Shown one piece after another: positions 24,571 through 33,245 of a DNA stretch of 42,091 nucleotides. This stretch comes from a virus. A program made the position numbers and the translations under genes. The stretch lies in IMG/VR virus record IMGVR_UViG_3300045988_039573, positions 1 to 42,091 of that record. One strand, given 5' to 3'. Under the pieces are notes generated by a model. That model made no database searches. It saw only the letters and a list, made by a program, of their open reading frames with translations, and had not been told where the DNA came from. The first letter of the stretch is position 1. Every line of letters starts with the position of its first letter.

Positions 24571-26709
24571 ATGGACTATATTTTGATCGGCTCTTACCAA
24601 TTCGACCGCGTCGCATCAAAAGACGATATGCGCCTGGATTACTGCTCAACATACCGAGAGGTCGAGTTGGATGAAAGCATCCTGTCTTTTGACACCATGA
24701 ACGCTGAGGTATGCACGACTACGGTAGGCGCGCAGCTTTCCGCGTTGCCGGATAACACGCCTGTTATTATTTATCGAAACGATAAAGTCTTTACAAGGTT
24801 TGTTAAGCGGAGCATTTCGCGCATCGGGCCAAGCACATATCAGATCGTGGGGCGCTCTCCGATGGGCGCGCTTACAAACATGAAGCACCGCGGCGGCATC
24901 TACACGGGCGAGACCGTCGCCGAGGTCGTCACCGACATATGCGGGAACATCCCTGTTTTAGTCAAAAGCATTTTTGCCGAAATTAAGCTTTACGGTTGGC
25001 TTCCATACGCGGACGGGAAATCGCGCTCGGCAAGAGACAACCTCGCACAAGTTCTTTTTGCCATCGGCGCATATCTCGGGACAGATTTGAATGGCGTTTT
25101 GCGCGTTGATCCACTATGGGACGGAACGGCATCGATAATTGATGATGGGCGCCCCTATACGGGCGGAACGGCCAACTATGATCCGCCCGTCTCCGCTGTG
25201 ACGGTGGCGGAGCACCAGTATGTCGCGGGAGCGGAAGAAAAGGAGCTATTTTCCGGTACGGCGCAGAATGGCGACATCATTACCTTCTCCGAGCCGATGC
25301 ACTCGCTTTTGGCGAACGGCTTTTCCATTCTCGAGAGCGGGGCGAACTACGCAAAAATCTCTGCCGGAACGGGAACTCTCAAGGGAAAGGCATATATCCA
25401 CAACACACGCCTTGTGACAAGGACGGTCACAAAAGACGTGCCTGAGAATGTGGAGTCCTTTTTGGACGCAACACTCGTCTCCCTTGTCAATTCCTCCGCT
25501 GTCGCCAAAAGGCTGGCAGACTATTATAAATGCCGAGAGACCATCACCAACGGCATTGTAAGCGGGCAGGAAAAGCCCGGACATGTGGTCAGCGTCTATC
25601 ACCCCTACGATAAAAAGATGGTCTCTGCGTGCATCGTGAGCCTTGACACGACCATGAGCGGCACACTCAAGAGCGAAATGGCGGCGCTCGTCGGCTTTCT
25701 GCCCCCGCAGCCGGAAACCACGGAATACTACGACGAGCGCGTACTGCTCACCGGCTCCGGCGAGTGGGAATCAGTAATAGACGGTGAAATTCGTGTTGTG
25801 GTTATTGGCGGCGGCGAAACGGGCGCAAGCGGAAGCGCAGGCAGCTCGGCAGGCATTTCTTCGCAGTCCAAAAGCGGGTCATCCGGCTCCTATTCCGGTT
25901 CGTCCGCCGGTCAAGGCGGCGAAGGCGGCGAGGGTGGCTCCGGCGGAAAAATTTTAATCGCATCGCTAAATGTAATAACCGGGCAAAAATTTCAATATGC
26001 GGCTGCACAGCCTGCCGGAAACAGCACATTTGGGGAATTGTCAAGCGCGTCCGGTGAAGCCTCAGCCGATGGCTATTATGATTTGGTGACGCAAACTTTT
26101 TTCGGTCGAAAAGGCGCGAACGGTATAAAGGGTGGAAACGGAGGTTCCCCCGGAAATAACGGTCAAGCAGTCGGCGATTATCTCGGGGGCTACGGGATCA
26201 ACAGCAAAACGGTAAGACAAACCAAGTACGGGACATCGGGAACTGTAACGGCAAACGGATGGGGCGGCGGCGGTGCTGCACAAGGAGCAAACGGCGCGAC
26301 TTCGGCAGGAGAGGTCTATATCAACCTATACGGCGAGTTCAATTCGAATGATCCCTCTCAAAGCGTTGTTACGCTTAGCGGCAACTGTTCAGGCGGCGGC
26401 AAAGGCGCAAACGGAGCCAACGGAAATGACGGCGAAAACTATGGCGACGGCGGAGACGGCGGTCACGGCGGCGGTGGTGCCGGTGCAGTCGGTACGCTCA
26501 GCATGTCGTTTTCGCCATCCGGCAAAAATCCGAAAACAGAAACGGGCGGAGCATGGGCGACCGGCGGCTCTGCGGGCGCAGGCGGCGCAGGCAAGCCCGG
26601 CTGCATCATCATTTACTACCGCAAGAAAAAAGAGCTTCAGTCCGGCCCGCTCGTGACCAGCAACAACCTTGGCCTGCTCGATTCCCTCGGGCGGAGAATG
26701 ATCGTTTAA
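24571..26709 (+). CDS. Tail tip / baseplate protein with C-terminal glycine-rich domain
   Basis: 712 aa. The C-terminal third is Gly/Ser/Ala-rich (GGGETGASGSAGSS...GGEGGEGGSGG...GGGGAGAVG), as in glycine-rich minor tail proteins. Confidence 0.6.
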   Translation: MDYILIGSYQFDRVASKDDMRLDYCSTYREVELDESILSFDTMNAEVCTTTVGAQLSALPDNTPVIIYRNDKVFTRFVKRSISRIGPSTYQIVGRSPMGALTNMKHRGGIYTGETVAEVVTDICGNIPVLVKSIFAEIKLYGWLPYADGKSRSARDNLAQVLFAIGAYLGTDLNGVLRVDPLWDGTASIIDDGRPYTGGTANYDPPVSAVTVAEHQYVAGAEEKELFSGTAQNGDIITFSEPMHSLLANGFSILESGANYAKISAGTGTLKGKAYIHNTRLVTRTVTKDVPENVESFLDATLVSLVNSSAVAKRLADYYKCRETITNGIVSGQEKPGHVVSVYHPYDKKMVSACIVSLDTTMSGTLKSEMAALVGFLPPQPETTEYYDERVLLTGSGEWESVIDGEIRVVVIGGGETGASGSAGSSAGISSQSKSGSSGSYSGSSAGQGGEGGEGGSGGKILIASLNVITGQKFQYAAAQPAGNSTFGELSSASGEASADGYYDLVTQTFFGRKGANGIKGGNGGSPGNNGQAVGDYLGGYGINSKTVRQTKYGTSGTVTANGWGGGGAAQGANGATSAGEVYINLYGEFNSNDPSQSVVTLSGNCSGGGKGANGANGNDGENYGDGGDGGHGGGGAGAVGTLSMSFSPSGKNPKTETGGAWATGGSAGAGGAGKPGCIIIYYRKKKELQSGPLVTSNNLGLLDSLGRRMIV

Positions 26710-26719
26710 GGAGGTTTTT

Positions 26720-26893
26720 ATGCCGAACGATTATTACACCATGCTCTACACCGGCGAGAAGACCGACGAGCTATTGCAGCGCGTGGACGAGGGCGAGATC
26801 ATCATCCCCTCCTCGACGGCGGGCAGCACGAAAAAATTCAAGCTGACGGTGGACGACACCGGCGCCGTCAGCGCAACGGAGGTGACGACGTAA
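26720..26893 (+). CDS. Hypothetical small tail-module protein (57 aa)
   Basis: ATG follows an aaggagg RBS. The N-terminus is MPNDYYTMLYTGEKTDELLQRVDEGEIIIP.... The stop overlaps the next ATG (TAATG). Confidence 0.5.
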   Translation: MPNDYYTMLYTGEKTDELLQRVDEGEIIIPSSTAGSTKKFKLTVDDTGAVSATEVTT

Positions 26894-27189
26894 TGGTACA
26901 GGGCGACGCTTACTCCATCGACGTGGAGATCACCAACGAGGGCCAGACGCTCAGCCCCCCGGCCGTCTCTCTGGTCGAGATCGCGCTGCTGAACCTCGTC
27001 AAGACCTATCCGGGCGATGTCACGTTTTCCGACGGCAAATTTCACTTTCCCCTCACGCAGACGGAGACATTCGGGCTTCCGACCGTCTGCCCCATGCAGG
27101 TGCGCGTGAAGTTCCCGAGCGGCGACGTGATCGGCTCGGAAATGCAGCGCCTTGACGTCAAGCGTGCGCTGAGTAGGAAGGTGATCTGA
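26893..27189 (+). CDS. Hypothetical tail-module protein
   Basis: 98-aa ORF, translationally coupled on both sides. Confidence 0.5.
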   Translation: MVQGDAYSIDVEITNEGQTLSPPAVSLVEIALLNLVKTYPGDVTFSDGKFHFPLTQTETFGLPTVCPMQVRVKFPSGDVIGSEMQRLDVKRALSRKVI

Positions 27190-27437
27190 TGGTCACGTTC
27201 GAGTTGACGCAGAAAACGGCGCTCTCGGTAGCGTTTGACGTCACCATCCGCGGGGACGGCGGAGGCGAGCCGTATGACGGCCCATATACCGTGACGCCCG
27301 GCTTTGAGACGCAGGAGCTTGCCACAAAGGACAAGATTCTGAAAGACAATGTGACCGTTGATCCCATTGCAGTCGCCCGTGTGGAAAACCCCGCGGGCGG
27401 AAAAACAATTTTTATCGGAGGTATTTTCAATGGCTGA
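27189..27437 (+). CDS. Hypothetical fibre-associated protein
   Basis: 82-aa ORF. It contains PYTVTPGFETQELATKDKILKDNVTVDPI, a motif that recurs in the next gene. Confidence 0.5.
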   Translation: MVTFELTQKTALSVAFDVTIRGDGGGEPYDGPYTVTPGFETQELATKDKILKDNVTVDPIAVARVENPAGGKTIFIGGIFNG

Positions 27438-28020
27438 AAATCAGTACAACAGCAAAATCGTACTCTCGAGCGGCGAAGTCCTCATGGACCTCACTCAGGA
27501 CACCGTGGTCGCGGACAAGCTCCTCAAGGGCTTTACCGCGCACGGCAAGGACGGCGCACCCATCACCGGCTCATGCGAGTTTGACGCGGACACCAGCGAT
27601 GCCACCGCGGGCGCGGCGGAAATTCTGGACAGCAAGACAGCCTATGTCACTGGCAGCAAGGTCACCGGCACCATGCCAAACAATGGGGCAAAGACGCTCA
27701 GCATCACGGAAAAGGGCAAGCCGGTCACCATCCCTCAGGGCTACCACGACGGCAGCGGCAAGGCGCAGATCGACGCAGCCGAAGAGGCGAAGCTGATCCC
27801 CGCCAACATCCGCGAGGGCATCACCGTCCTCGGCGTGCTCGGCACGATGTCCGGCAGCGAGGGAATGAAGCCGCAGGCCAAGAGCGTCACGCCCACGTTT
27901 GCCTCGCAGGAGGTCCTGCCCGACGAGGGATTCAACTGCCTCTCCTCCGTTACGGTGGCGGCGATTCCCATTGCCTACACCGACAATGCGCAGGGAGGCA
28001 AGACGGTCACTATCGGCTGA
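27430..28020 (+). CDS. Tail fibre-like protein
   Basis: The MAENQYNSKIVLSSGEVLMDLTQDTV start is paralogous to the N-terminus of the next gene. VTPTFASQEVLPDEGFNCLSSVTVAAIP is a fibre-type motif. Confidence 0.55.
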   Translation: MAENQYNSKIVLSSGEVLMDLTQDTVVADKLLKGFTAHGKDGAPITGSCEFDADTSDATAGAAEILDSKTAYVTGSKVTGTMPNNGAKTLSITEKGKPVTIPQGYHDGSGKAQIDAAEEAKLIPANIREGITVLGVLGTMSGSEGMKPQAKSVTPTFASQEVLPDEGFNCLSSVTVAAIPIAYTDNAQGGKTVTIG

Positions 28021-28031
28021 GGAGGTGCGGC

Positions 28032-28520
28032 ATGGCTAACAACAAAGTCCAGCTCAGCGACGGAACAGTTCTGCTTGACCTGACCGGGGACACCGTAACG
28101 CCGGAGACGCTTATGTCCGGTGCCACCGCGCACGACGCAGCGGGAAATCGGATCAACGGCGCGGTTGCGCCTGTCCGATACGATGTTGCTCAGGATCTGA
28201 CACCCGCCCAAAAAGAACAGGCGCGGGACAACATCGGGGCATCTGCAATTGTGACCATGCACAAGGTGACGCTGACGGTGGCAGGGTGGGATTCCAGTAC
28301 CAAGAAGCAGACGGTGATAGTTTCCGGTGTCCTCGCTGATGGAACAAAGCAGAGGGTGATCTGTTCCCCCGTTGACGAAAGCTATGACAGCGCGTGGAAT
28401 ACCTGCTATGTGCAGTGCGTCGGCCACGGGGCGGATTCTCTGACCTTCCAGTGTGATGAGATCCCGACGGCAGCCGTGGAGGTTTTCGTTTCCATCCAGC
28501 CGGTCAGCTTTGCATCGTGA
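28032..28520 (+). CDS. Tail fibre-like protein (paralogous N-terminus)
   Basis: MANNKVQLSDGTVLLDLTGDTVTPETLMSGATAHDAAGNRINGA aligns by eye with residues 9-50 of the 27430 gene product. Confidence 0.55.
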   Translation: MANNKVQLSDGTVLLDLTGDTVTPETLMSGATAHDAAGNRINGAVAPVRYDVAQDLTPAQKEQARDNIGASAIVTMHKVTLTVAGWDSSTKKQTVIVSGVLADGTKQRVICSPVDESYDSAWNTCYVQCVGHGADSLTFQCDEIPTAAVEVFVSIQPVSFAS

Positions 28521-28529
28521 GGTGATGGC

Positions 28530-29579
28530 ATGATCGTAAACTATCCAAGGATGAGACGCCGTGCAGCGTGGCCAGATGACCTCGATACAGCATTAGAATT
28601 TGCATCGGCAAATCCATTTTCTATTTCGGCTCCACTTAATTGGGATGGCAAATTAGAATATACTAACGGAAGCGGATGGAAAACGTGGGATGGCAGCGAT
28701 ATTGCTTCCGGTAAAATCGAAAACAATCATTGCATTTATCTCAGAGGAATTGGGAATTCAAAAATAACCGGAGAATCTTCCAACCGCGCAAAGTGGAACA
28801 TTAGCGGGACAAATATCATCTGCAACGGGGATATCGACCTCCTATTAGACTATTCGCTCGTAAAAAGCGGGAATCTCCCCTCAATGGCGAACTACTGCTA
28901 CGCCTACATGTTCTATGGTTGCACGAGCCTCACGGCAGCACCGTCGCTGCCCGCAACTACACTGGCGAGCTACTGCTACTTCTCCATGTTCTATGGTTGC
29001 ACGAGCCTCACAACAGCACCGTCGCTGCCTGCAACTACGCTGGCGAACTACTGCTACTTCTTCATATTCCAAGGTTGTACGAGCCTCACAACAGCACCGT
29101 CACTGCCTGCAACTACGCTGGCGAGCAACTGCTACGCCTACATGTTCCAACGTTGCACGAGCCTCACAACAGCACCGTCGCTGCCTGCAACTACGCTGGC
29201 GAGCGACTGCTACCGCTACATGTTTTCCGGCTGTACGAGCCTCACAACAGCACCGTCACTGCCTGCAACTACGCTGGCGAGCAACTGCTACCGCTACATG
29301 TTCCAAAGTTGCGCGAGCCTCACAACAGCACCGTCGCTGCCTGCAACTACGCTGGCGAGCGACTGCTACCGCTACATGTTCCAAGGTTGCACAAAAATCA
29401 AACTATCCACAACGGCGTCCGGAACATATACCAAGTCGTACCGCATACCCAAAAACGGAACCGGGACAACAGCTTCCGGTGCGCTCGATAGTATGTTTGC
29501 CAATACGGGAGGCACGTTCAAGGGGACACCGGAAATCAACACCACCTACTATTTGGACAAGTCCAACACCATTGTGTGA
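28530..29579 (+). CDS. Leucine-rich-repeat (BspA/LRR_5-like) protein, putative receptor-binding protein
   Basis: Six and a half 26-aa repeats of CY.YMF.GCTSLTTAPSLPATTLAS. The gene is the last in the tail module. Confidence 0.7.
   Translation: MIVNYPRMRRRAAWPDDLDTALEFASANPFSISAPLNWDGKLEYTNGSGWKTWDGSDIASGKIENNHCIYLRGIGNSKITGESSNRAKWNISGTNIICNGDIDLLLDYSLVKSGNLPSMANYCYAYMFYGCTSLTAAPSLPATTLASYCYFSMFYGCTSLTTAPSLPATTLANYCYFFIFQGCTSLTTAPSLPATTLASNCYAYMFQRCTSLTTAPSLPATTLASDCYRYMFSGCTSLTTAPSLPATTLASNCYRYMFQSCASLTTAPSLPATTLASDCYRYMFQGCTKIKLSTTASGTYTKSYRIPKNGTGTTASGALDSMFANTGGTFKGTPEINTTYYLDKSNTIV
28875..29395 (+). repeat. 78-bp tandem coding repeats (LRR units)
   Basis: gcaccgtcg recurs at 28938 and 29016, then every 78 bp. 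The units are nearly identical at nucleotide level. Confidence 0.9.
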
Positions 29580-29647
29580 AGGAGATCATCGGCGAGAAAT
29601 ACACCGATGATAAATAAATTTTGAACGAAGAAAAGGAGAACAAAACT

Positions 29648-29905
29648 ATGACTACTACTCGTATCGCATCCGACGGCAAGCCCATCAAGGTCACGGGCAT
29701 CCCCGCTGGCTTGAGCGAAAACTCGGGCATCAAGAACAGCATCGTGCAGCCCGTCATGGCGCGCGACCTTTCCCGTGCCGGCACGGAGGTATATGTCGCC
29801 CCCTGCTACAAGCTCACCTACGACGAGGACGGCTACTGCGTCAAGATGACGACCTGCGCCATCCCCGAGGACATCGCGGAAAAGCTCGCGGAGCTGAACA
29901 AGTAA
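29648..29905 (+). CDS. Hypothetical protein (85 aa)
   Basis: ATG follows an AAAGGAG RBS. The upstream TTG of the track ORF was rejected. Confidence 0.55.
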   Translation: MTTTRIASDGKPIKVTGIPAGLSENSGIKNSIVQPVMARDLSRAGTEVYVAPCYKLTYDEDGYCVKMTTCAIPEDIAEKLAELNK

Positions 29906-29910
29906 ACAGG

Positions 29911-29928
29911 GCGGGGGCTATCCCCCGC
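29911..29928 (+). terminator. GC stem-loop after the tail module (weak terminator)
   Basis: GCGGGGG-CTAT-CCCCCGC with no clear U-tract. Confidence 0.35.
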
Positions 29929-29957
29929 TCTATCCTAAGGAAAGAGAGACAACGCCT

Positions 29958-30248
29958 ATGGAAGATTTGGCTGTAAAGCTGCAGGAGGTCAAGGACCGCT
30001 CGCTCCGAAACGAGGGGCGCATCAAGCAGTTAGAGGTAGATCAGCGGGCGCTGAATGAATTGGCGCTGTCGGTCAAAGAGCTGGCGACCGACCAGACGAA
30101 CATGAAGGAGGACATCGGCGAGATCAAGGCCAATGTGCGGAGCCTGACGGCCGTGCCGTCCAAACGCTGGGAGAAGGTCGTGGAGCTGATGATCGCGACC
30201 GTCGTGGGCGCGTTCATGGCGTGGCTTTTGACAGGGGGCGCGGTATGA
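29958..30248 (+). CDS. XhlA-like lysis-associated protein
   Basis: Coiled-coil N-terminus plus a single C-terminal TM (VVELMIATVVGAFMAWLLTGG). It heads the lysis cassette, as in PBSX xhlA. Confidence 0.6.
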   Translation: MEDLAVKLQEVKDRSLRNEGRIKQLEVDQRALNELALSVKELATDQTNMKEDIGEIKANVRSLTAVPSKRWEKVVELMIATVVGAFMAWLLTGGAV

Positions 30249-30952
30249 GGGACATCAAAGGCTCCACCTCAGAGGAAATCCGCATGATAAAGGCCATCCA
30301 GCGCTCCGTCGGGGCGCTGGACAACGGCTGGATCGGAAACCAGACTTTGAGCGACATCGCCGCAAAGCTCGGCGCGGACTGCTTCCCGCTCAACGTCGAG
30401 CTGTATGGACAGCCCTGCATCCTCGCGCGGGACATCGAGCCCGTCAATATGAGCGGTCCGCTGCCGAAAAACGCGATCTCGGGGAGCTTTTCTTGGCAGG
30501 GCGCGCCGTGCAGCATCCTGGTGCGCGGCGGCAAGGTCGTGCGCGACTGGAGCTGTCACTATCCCCGCCCTGAGAGCGTGCTCTACAAGACCACGGACGG
30601 CGCGGTGCGCATTGCCCGCGTGTCCTCGGCGGCGGCGCTGGGTGACGTCGTGTGGGCGGTCGGTGGTATGGGATTGCTCGGCAATTATAACCCTGCCGCA
30701 GAAGGCTTCACAGGGGCGTACAGCGACGTGCTGCGCAAGACCAACCACACCGTCCTTGGCTACAAGGGCGGGCTGCTCTACGGCTTTTACTGCCGCAGCA
30801 TGACCGCGCAGCAGGTCAACGCCTTTTGTCGGGACAAGCTCAAGCTGGAATACGCCGTTATGCTCGACGGCGGGCACGTCGCCGCCATCAACGGCGCGTG
30901 TAATAAAATCAACACACAGACGCGGCAGTTCTATGCCGTGCGGTTTCTGTAA
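30245..30952 (+). CDS. Phosphodiester glycosidase (NAGPA/DUF2233)-like wall hydrolase with N-terminal PG-binding-like segment
   Basis: NHTVLGYKGGLLYGFYCRSMTAQQVNAFCRDKLKLEYAVMLDGGHVAAIN resembles the R.A.G...G.L......MT..E......LG...A.NLDGG signature. The start has an ATGA overlap. Confidence 0.5.
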   Translation: MRDIKGSTSEEIRMIKAIQRSVGALDNGWIGNQTLSDIAAKLGADCFPLNVELYGQPCILARDIEPVNMSGPLPKNAISGSFSWQGAPCSILVRGGKVVRDWSCHYPRPESVLYKTTDGAVRIARVSSAAALGDVVWAVGGMGLLGNYNPAAEGFTGAYSDVLRKTNHTVLGYKGGLLYGFYCRSMTAQQVNAFCRDKLKLEYAVMLDGGHVAAINGACNKINTQTRQFYAVRFL

Positions 30953-30963
30953 AGGAGGCAAAA

Positions 30964-31152
30964 ATGCAAAATCGAATTGCCAATCTTCTCACGGTCAAGA
31001 GCATCGTGACCATCGTGCTCACGGCGGTTTTCTCGGTGCTTGCCCTGCGCGGCAGCATCAGCGGGACGGAGTTTCTGACGATCTTCACGACCATCATCGC
31101 CTTCTACTTCGGCACGCAGACCGAAAAGAAGAAAAATGAAGAGGTTTCTTGA
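30964..31152 (+). CDS. Holin (two TM)
   Basis: 62 aa with two hydrophobic helices and a charged tail (TEKKKNEEVS). It lies directly upstream of, and overlaps, the endolysin gene. Confidence 0.7.
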   Translation: MQNRIANLLTVKSIVTIVLTAVFSVLALRGSISGTEFLTIFTTIIAFYFGTQTEKKKNEEVS

Positions 31153-31798
31153 GACCCTGACCGCGTGGGAGAGGTCCGTGCGCGGCGATGCGGTGCACAA
31201 GCGCATCGTGGACGCCTACAACAGCTTTCTGCCCCATCCGCGCGGCTACAAGCTGACCTACACCGACGACTACTGCGCGGCGATGGTGAGCGCGGCGGCG
31301 ATCCTCTGCGGCCTAACGGAGGTCATTCCCATCGAGTGCAGCTGCGGCGAGCAAATGCGCTGGTATCAAGCGCGCGGCCAATGGATTGAGGACGATGCGC
31401 ACGTCCCCCAAATCGGCGAGCAGGTGTTTTACTACTGGAACGACCGCAAGGACTACGCCCTCACGGACTGCACCGGCGCGCCCAACCACACGGGCATCGT
31501 GACCGCCTGTGACGATCAGAGCTTCACGGTGTTCGAGGGCAACAAGGGTAAAGCTCACGAGTGCGGCTATCGGACGTTGGAAATCAACGGGCGGTATATT
31601 CGTGGCTTCGGCGTGCCGAAATACCCCGCGGACAAGACCGTGCTCACACGCGGCGACAAGGGCGCGGAAGTCAAGAAATTGCAGGAATTTCTCAATGTCT
31701 GCGGGTACGAGCTGGACGTGGACGGTTCATTCGGCTCCGCGACGCAGAAGGCATGGGGAGAATATGTTTACGCATACCTCGGGAAAATTCTAAATTAA
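31136..31798 (+). CDS. Endolysin: CHAP/Amidase_5-type cysteine peptidase plus C-terminal PG_binding_1 domain
   Basis: Candidate catalytic residues are Cys (DDYCAAMVSAA) and His (PNHTGIVTA...FEGN). The C-terminal LTRGDKGAEVKKLQEFLNVCGYELDVDGSFGSATQKA is a PG-binding repeat. Confidence 0.8.
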   Translation: MKRFLETLTAWERSVRGDAVHKRIVDAYNSFLPHPRGYKLTYTDDYCAAMVSAAAILCGLTEVIPIECSCGEQMRWYQARGQWIEDDAHVPQIGEQVFYYWNDRKDYALTDCTGAPNHTGIVTACDDQSFTVFEGNKGKAHECGYRTLEINGRYIRGFGVPKYPADKTVLTRGDKGAEVKKLQEFLNVCGYELDVDGSFGSATQKAWGEYVYAYLGKILN

Positions 31799-31865
31799 CG
31801 AAAGGAAAACGGGCGGGAGGCATGCCTCCCCTCGCGTGAGCGCTCTGCAAGCCCCGGCGCACAGC

Positions 31866-32102
31866 ATGGACAAGCAGCACCGAGCGATCCGGGCAAAATT
31901 ATCCTCTATGGCCCCGCGGCGGGCCGTGGCATACATTCGGTCTTTTGAGCTTCCACCCGACGAAATGGCGTGCCTCGTCGAGTGCGACGTGCGGGGCCGC
32001 TCCTGCGTACAGGTGGCATTTGAAATGAATCTGTCGCCGGATACGGTCAAAAAGTATCGCCGAAAGGCGTACCGCAAAATCGCATCGGAAGTCTTTGAAT
32101 AG
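31866..32102 (+). CDS. Sigma-70 region-4-like HTH protein
   Basis: LPPDEMACLVECDVRGRSCVQVAFEMNLSPDTVKKYRRKAYRKI matches a region 4 / LuxR-type HTH. The ATG at 31866 was preferred over the GTG at 31836. Confidence 0.6.
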   Translation: MDKQHRAIRAKLSSMAPRRAVAYIRSFELPPDEMACLVECDVRGRSCVQVAFEMNLSPDTVKKYRRKAYRKIASEVFE

Positions 32103-32140
32103 GAAAAGAGCTTCACCAAACGGTGAGGCTCTTTTCCTTT
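32103..32140 (+). terminator. Rho-independent terminator
   Basis: A 15-bp stem GAAAAGAGCTTCACC / GGTGAGGCTCTTTTC (one G-U pair) is followed by a T-rich tail. Confidence 0.7.
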
Positions 32141-32249
32141 ATGGGAAGGGTATGAATGACGCATGGAGCACGTCGTGACAAAAAATTAGCATATTCCGTC
32201 AGAATTTGCAAGCGCAATCGTTCGACGAATTTCGCCGTACACTTTTCAT

Positions 32250-32283
32250 CCCCTTTTCCGGCACTTTGGAAAAGGGGTTTTCT
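32250..32283 (+). terminator. Second rho-independent terminator-like hairpin
   Basis: CCCCTTTTCC-N8-GGAAAAGGGG is followed by TTTTC. Confidence 0.6.
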
Positions 32284-32316
32284 TGTACCATAAAGGCAGA
32301 AAAGGAGGTGCGCTGT

Positions 32317-32439
32317 ATGTACGAACGGCTTTTAGCATTGGGCTTCACCGAGCAGATGGCGAGGGATATTTTGGTGCTGTTCCCCGAGCCGGACGAGCTG
32401 CGCACCTATGTCTATTTCGCGGAGCTGCTGCATGTATAG
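32317..32439 (+). CDS. Hypothetical small protein (40 aa)
   Basis: ATG follows an AAGGAGG RBS. Translation is MYERLLALGFTEQMARDILVLFPEPDELRTYVYFAELLHV. Confidence 0.5.
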   Translation: MYERLLALGFTEQMARDILVLFPEPDELRTYVYFAELLHV

Positions 32440-32812
32440 CTATTATAATCCGTCGCCTTATGGCAAGAACGTGGGGGACTGCACCGTCCGGGCGATCTCC
32501 AAAGCGACCGGAAAAGACTGGGGTGAAACGTATCTCGCGCTCGCCATACAAGGCTACTTAGACGGTGACATGCCGTCGGCCAATGCGACCTGGGGCGCGT
32601 ATCTGCACTCCCTCGGTTATCGGCGCTACATCGTGCCGGACACCTGCCCGCTGTGCTATACCGTCGAGCAGTTTGCGGACGAGCATCCGGCAGGCACATA
32701 CATTTTAGCCCTGTCCGGTCATGTGGTGTGCGTGCAGGACGGGACGATCTTTGACTCGTGGGACAGCAGCAATGAGACTGTGATTTATTTTTGGGTAAAG
32801 GAGACTGAATGA
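32432..32812 (+). CDS. Conserved hypothetical protein, possible papain-like Cys/His fold
   Basis: NVGDCTVRAISKATGKDW...TYILALSGHVVCVQDG..FDSWDS has the Cys...His...D arrangement of small cysteine-peptidase-like proteins. No firm family assignment. Confidence 0.45.
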   Translation: MYSYYNPSPYGKNVGDCTVRAISKATGKDWGETYLALAIQGYLDGDMPSANATWGAYLHSLGYRRYIVPDTCPLCYTVEQFADEHPAGTYILALSGHVVCVQDGTIFDSWDSSNETVIYFWVKETE

Positions 32813-32813
32813 C

Positions 32814-33245
32814 ATGGCTTTTAATCCGTACTATCAAAACCCTTATTATCCACAGCCGATGCCGGATAACCTTATGCAGATGCGGCAGCAGCAGATGATG
32901 CAGCCTGCTCCGCCTCCCATGCCGCAAAATCCTGTTGCGACCGGCGGCGTGCAATGGGTGAGCAGCGAGCAGGAGGCGAGAGGCTACCTGATCGCGCCCA
33001 ACTCCGCCGTAGCGCTGTGGGATTCCACCGCTCCAACTGTGTACCTCAAGCAGTCCGACGCAAGCGGCAAGCCAACGCTCAAGATTTACGACCTCGTAGA
33101 GCGCGCAGAAACGCCCCGTACGGCTCCGCAGGAAAAGGGCGTGGAATTTGTCACCCGCGAGGAGTTCGACCGTCTGGCGGCGCTTGTGGGCGAAATAAAG
33201 GGCAAGAAGAAGCGTAAGGTCGAGGAGGACGAGGACGATGAGTAA
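32814..33245 (+). CDS. Pro/Gln-rich N-terminus protein with acidic/basic tail
   Basis: MAFNPYYQNPYYPQPMPDNLMQMRQQQMMQPAPPPMPQNP, then a globular core and KGKKKRKVEEDEDDE. Confidence 0.6.
   Translation: MAFNPYYQNPYYPQPMPDNLMQMRQQQMMQPAPPPMPQNPVATGGVQWVSSEQEARGYLIAPNSAVALWDSTAPTVYLKQSDASGKPTLKIYDLVERAETPRTAPQEKGVEFVTREEFDRLAALVGEIKGKKKRKVEEDEDDE

Noticed and set aside
28915-29610. Alternative frames across the LRR repeats (28915-29610 +, 28919-29491 +, 28881-29072 -)
   Set aside because: These are repeat-propagated open frames giving Arg/His/Cys-rich nonsense. The LRR frame has a proper RBS and start, plus unique N- and C-terminal regions.
30269-30961. 230-aa minus-strand ORF opposite the phosphodiester-glycosidase-like gene
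   Set aside because: It is antisense to a gene with recognisable motifs and translational coupling. The product is Arg/Ala/Val/His-rich without features.
32141-32249. Possible small RNA or promoter between the two terminators at 32103-32140 and 32250-32283
   Set aside because: A GTGACA hexamer is present, but I found no acceptable -10 at a proper spacing. I could not support a transcription unit from sequence alone.
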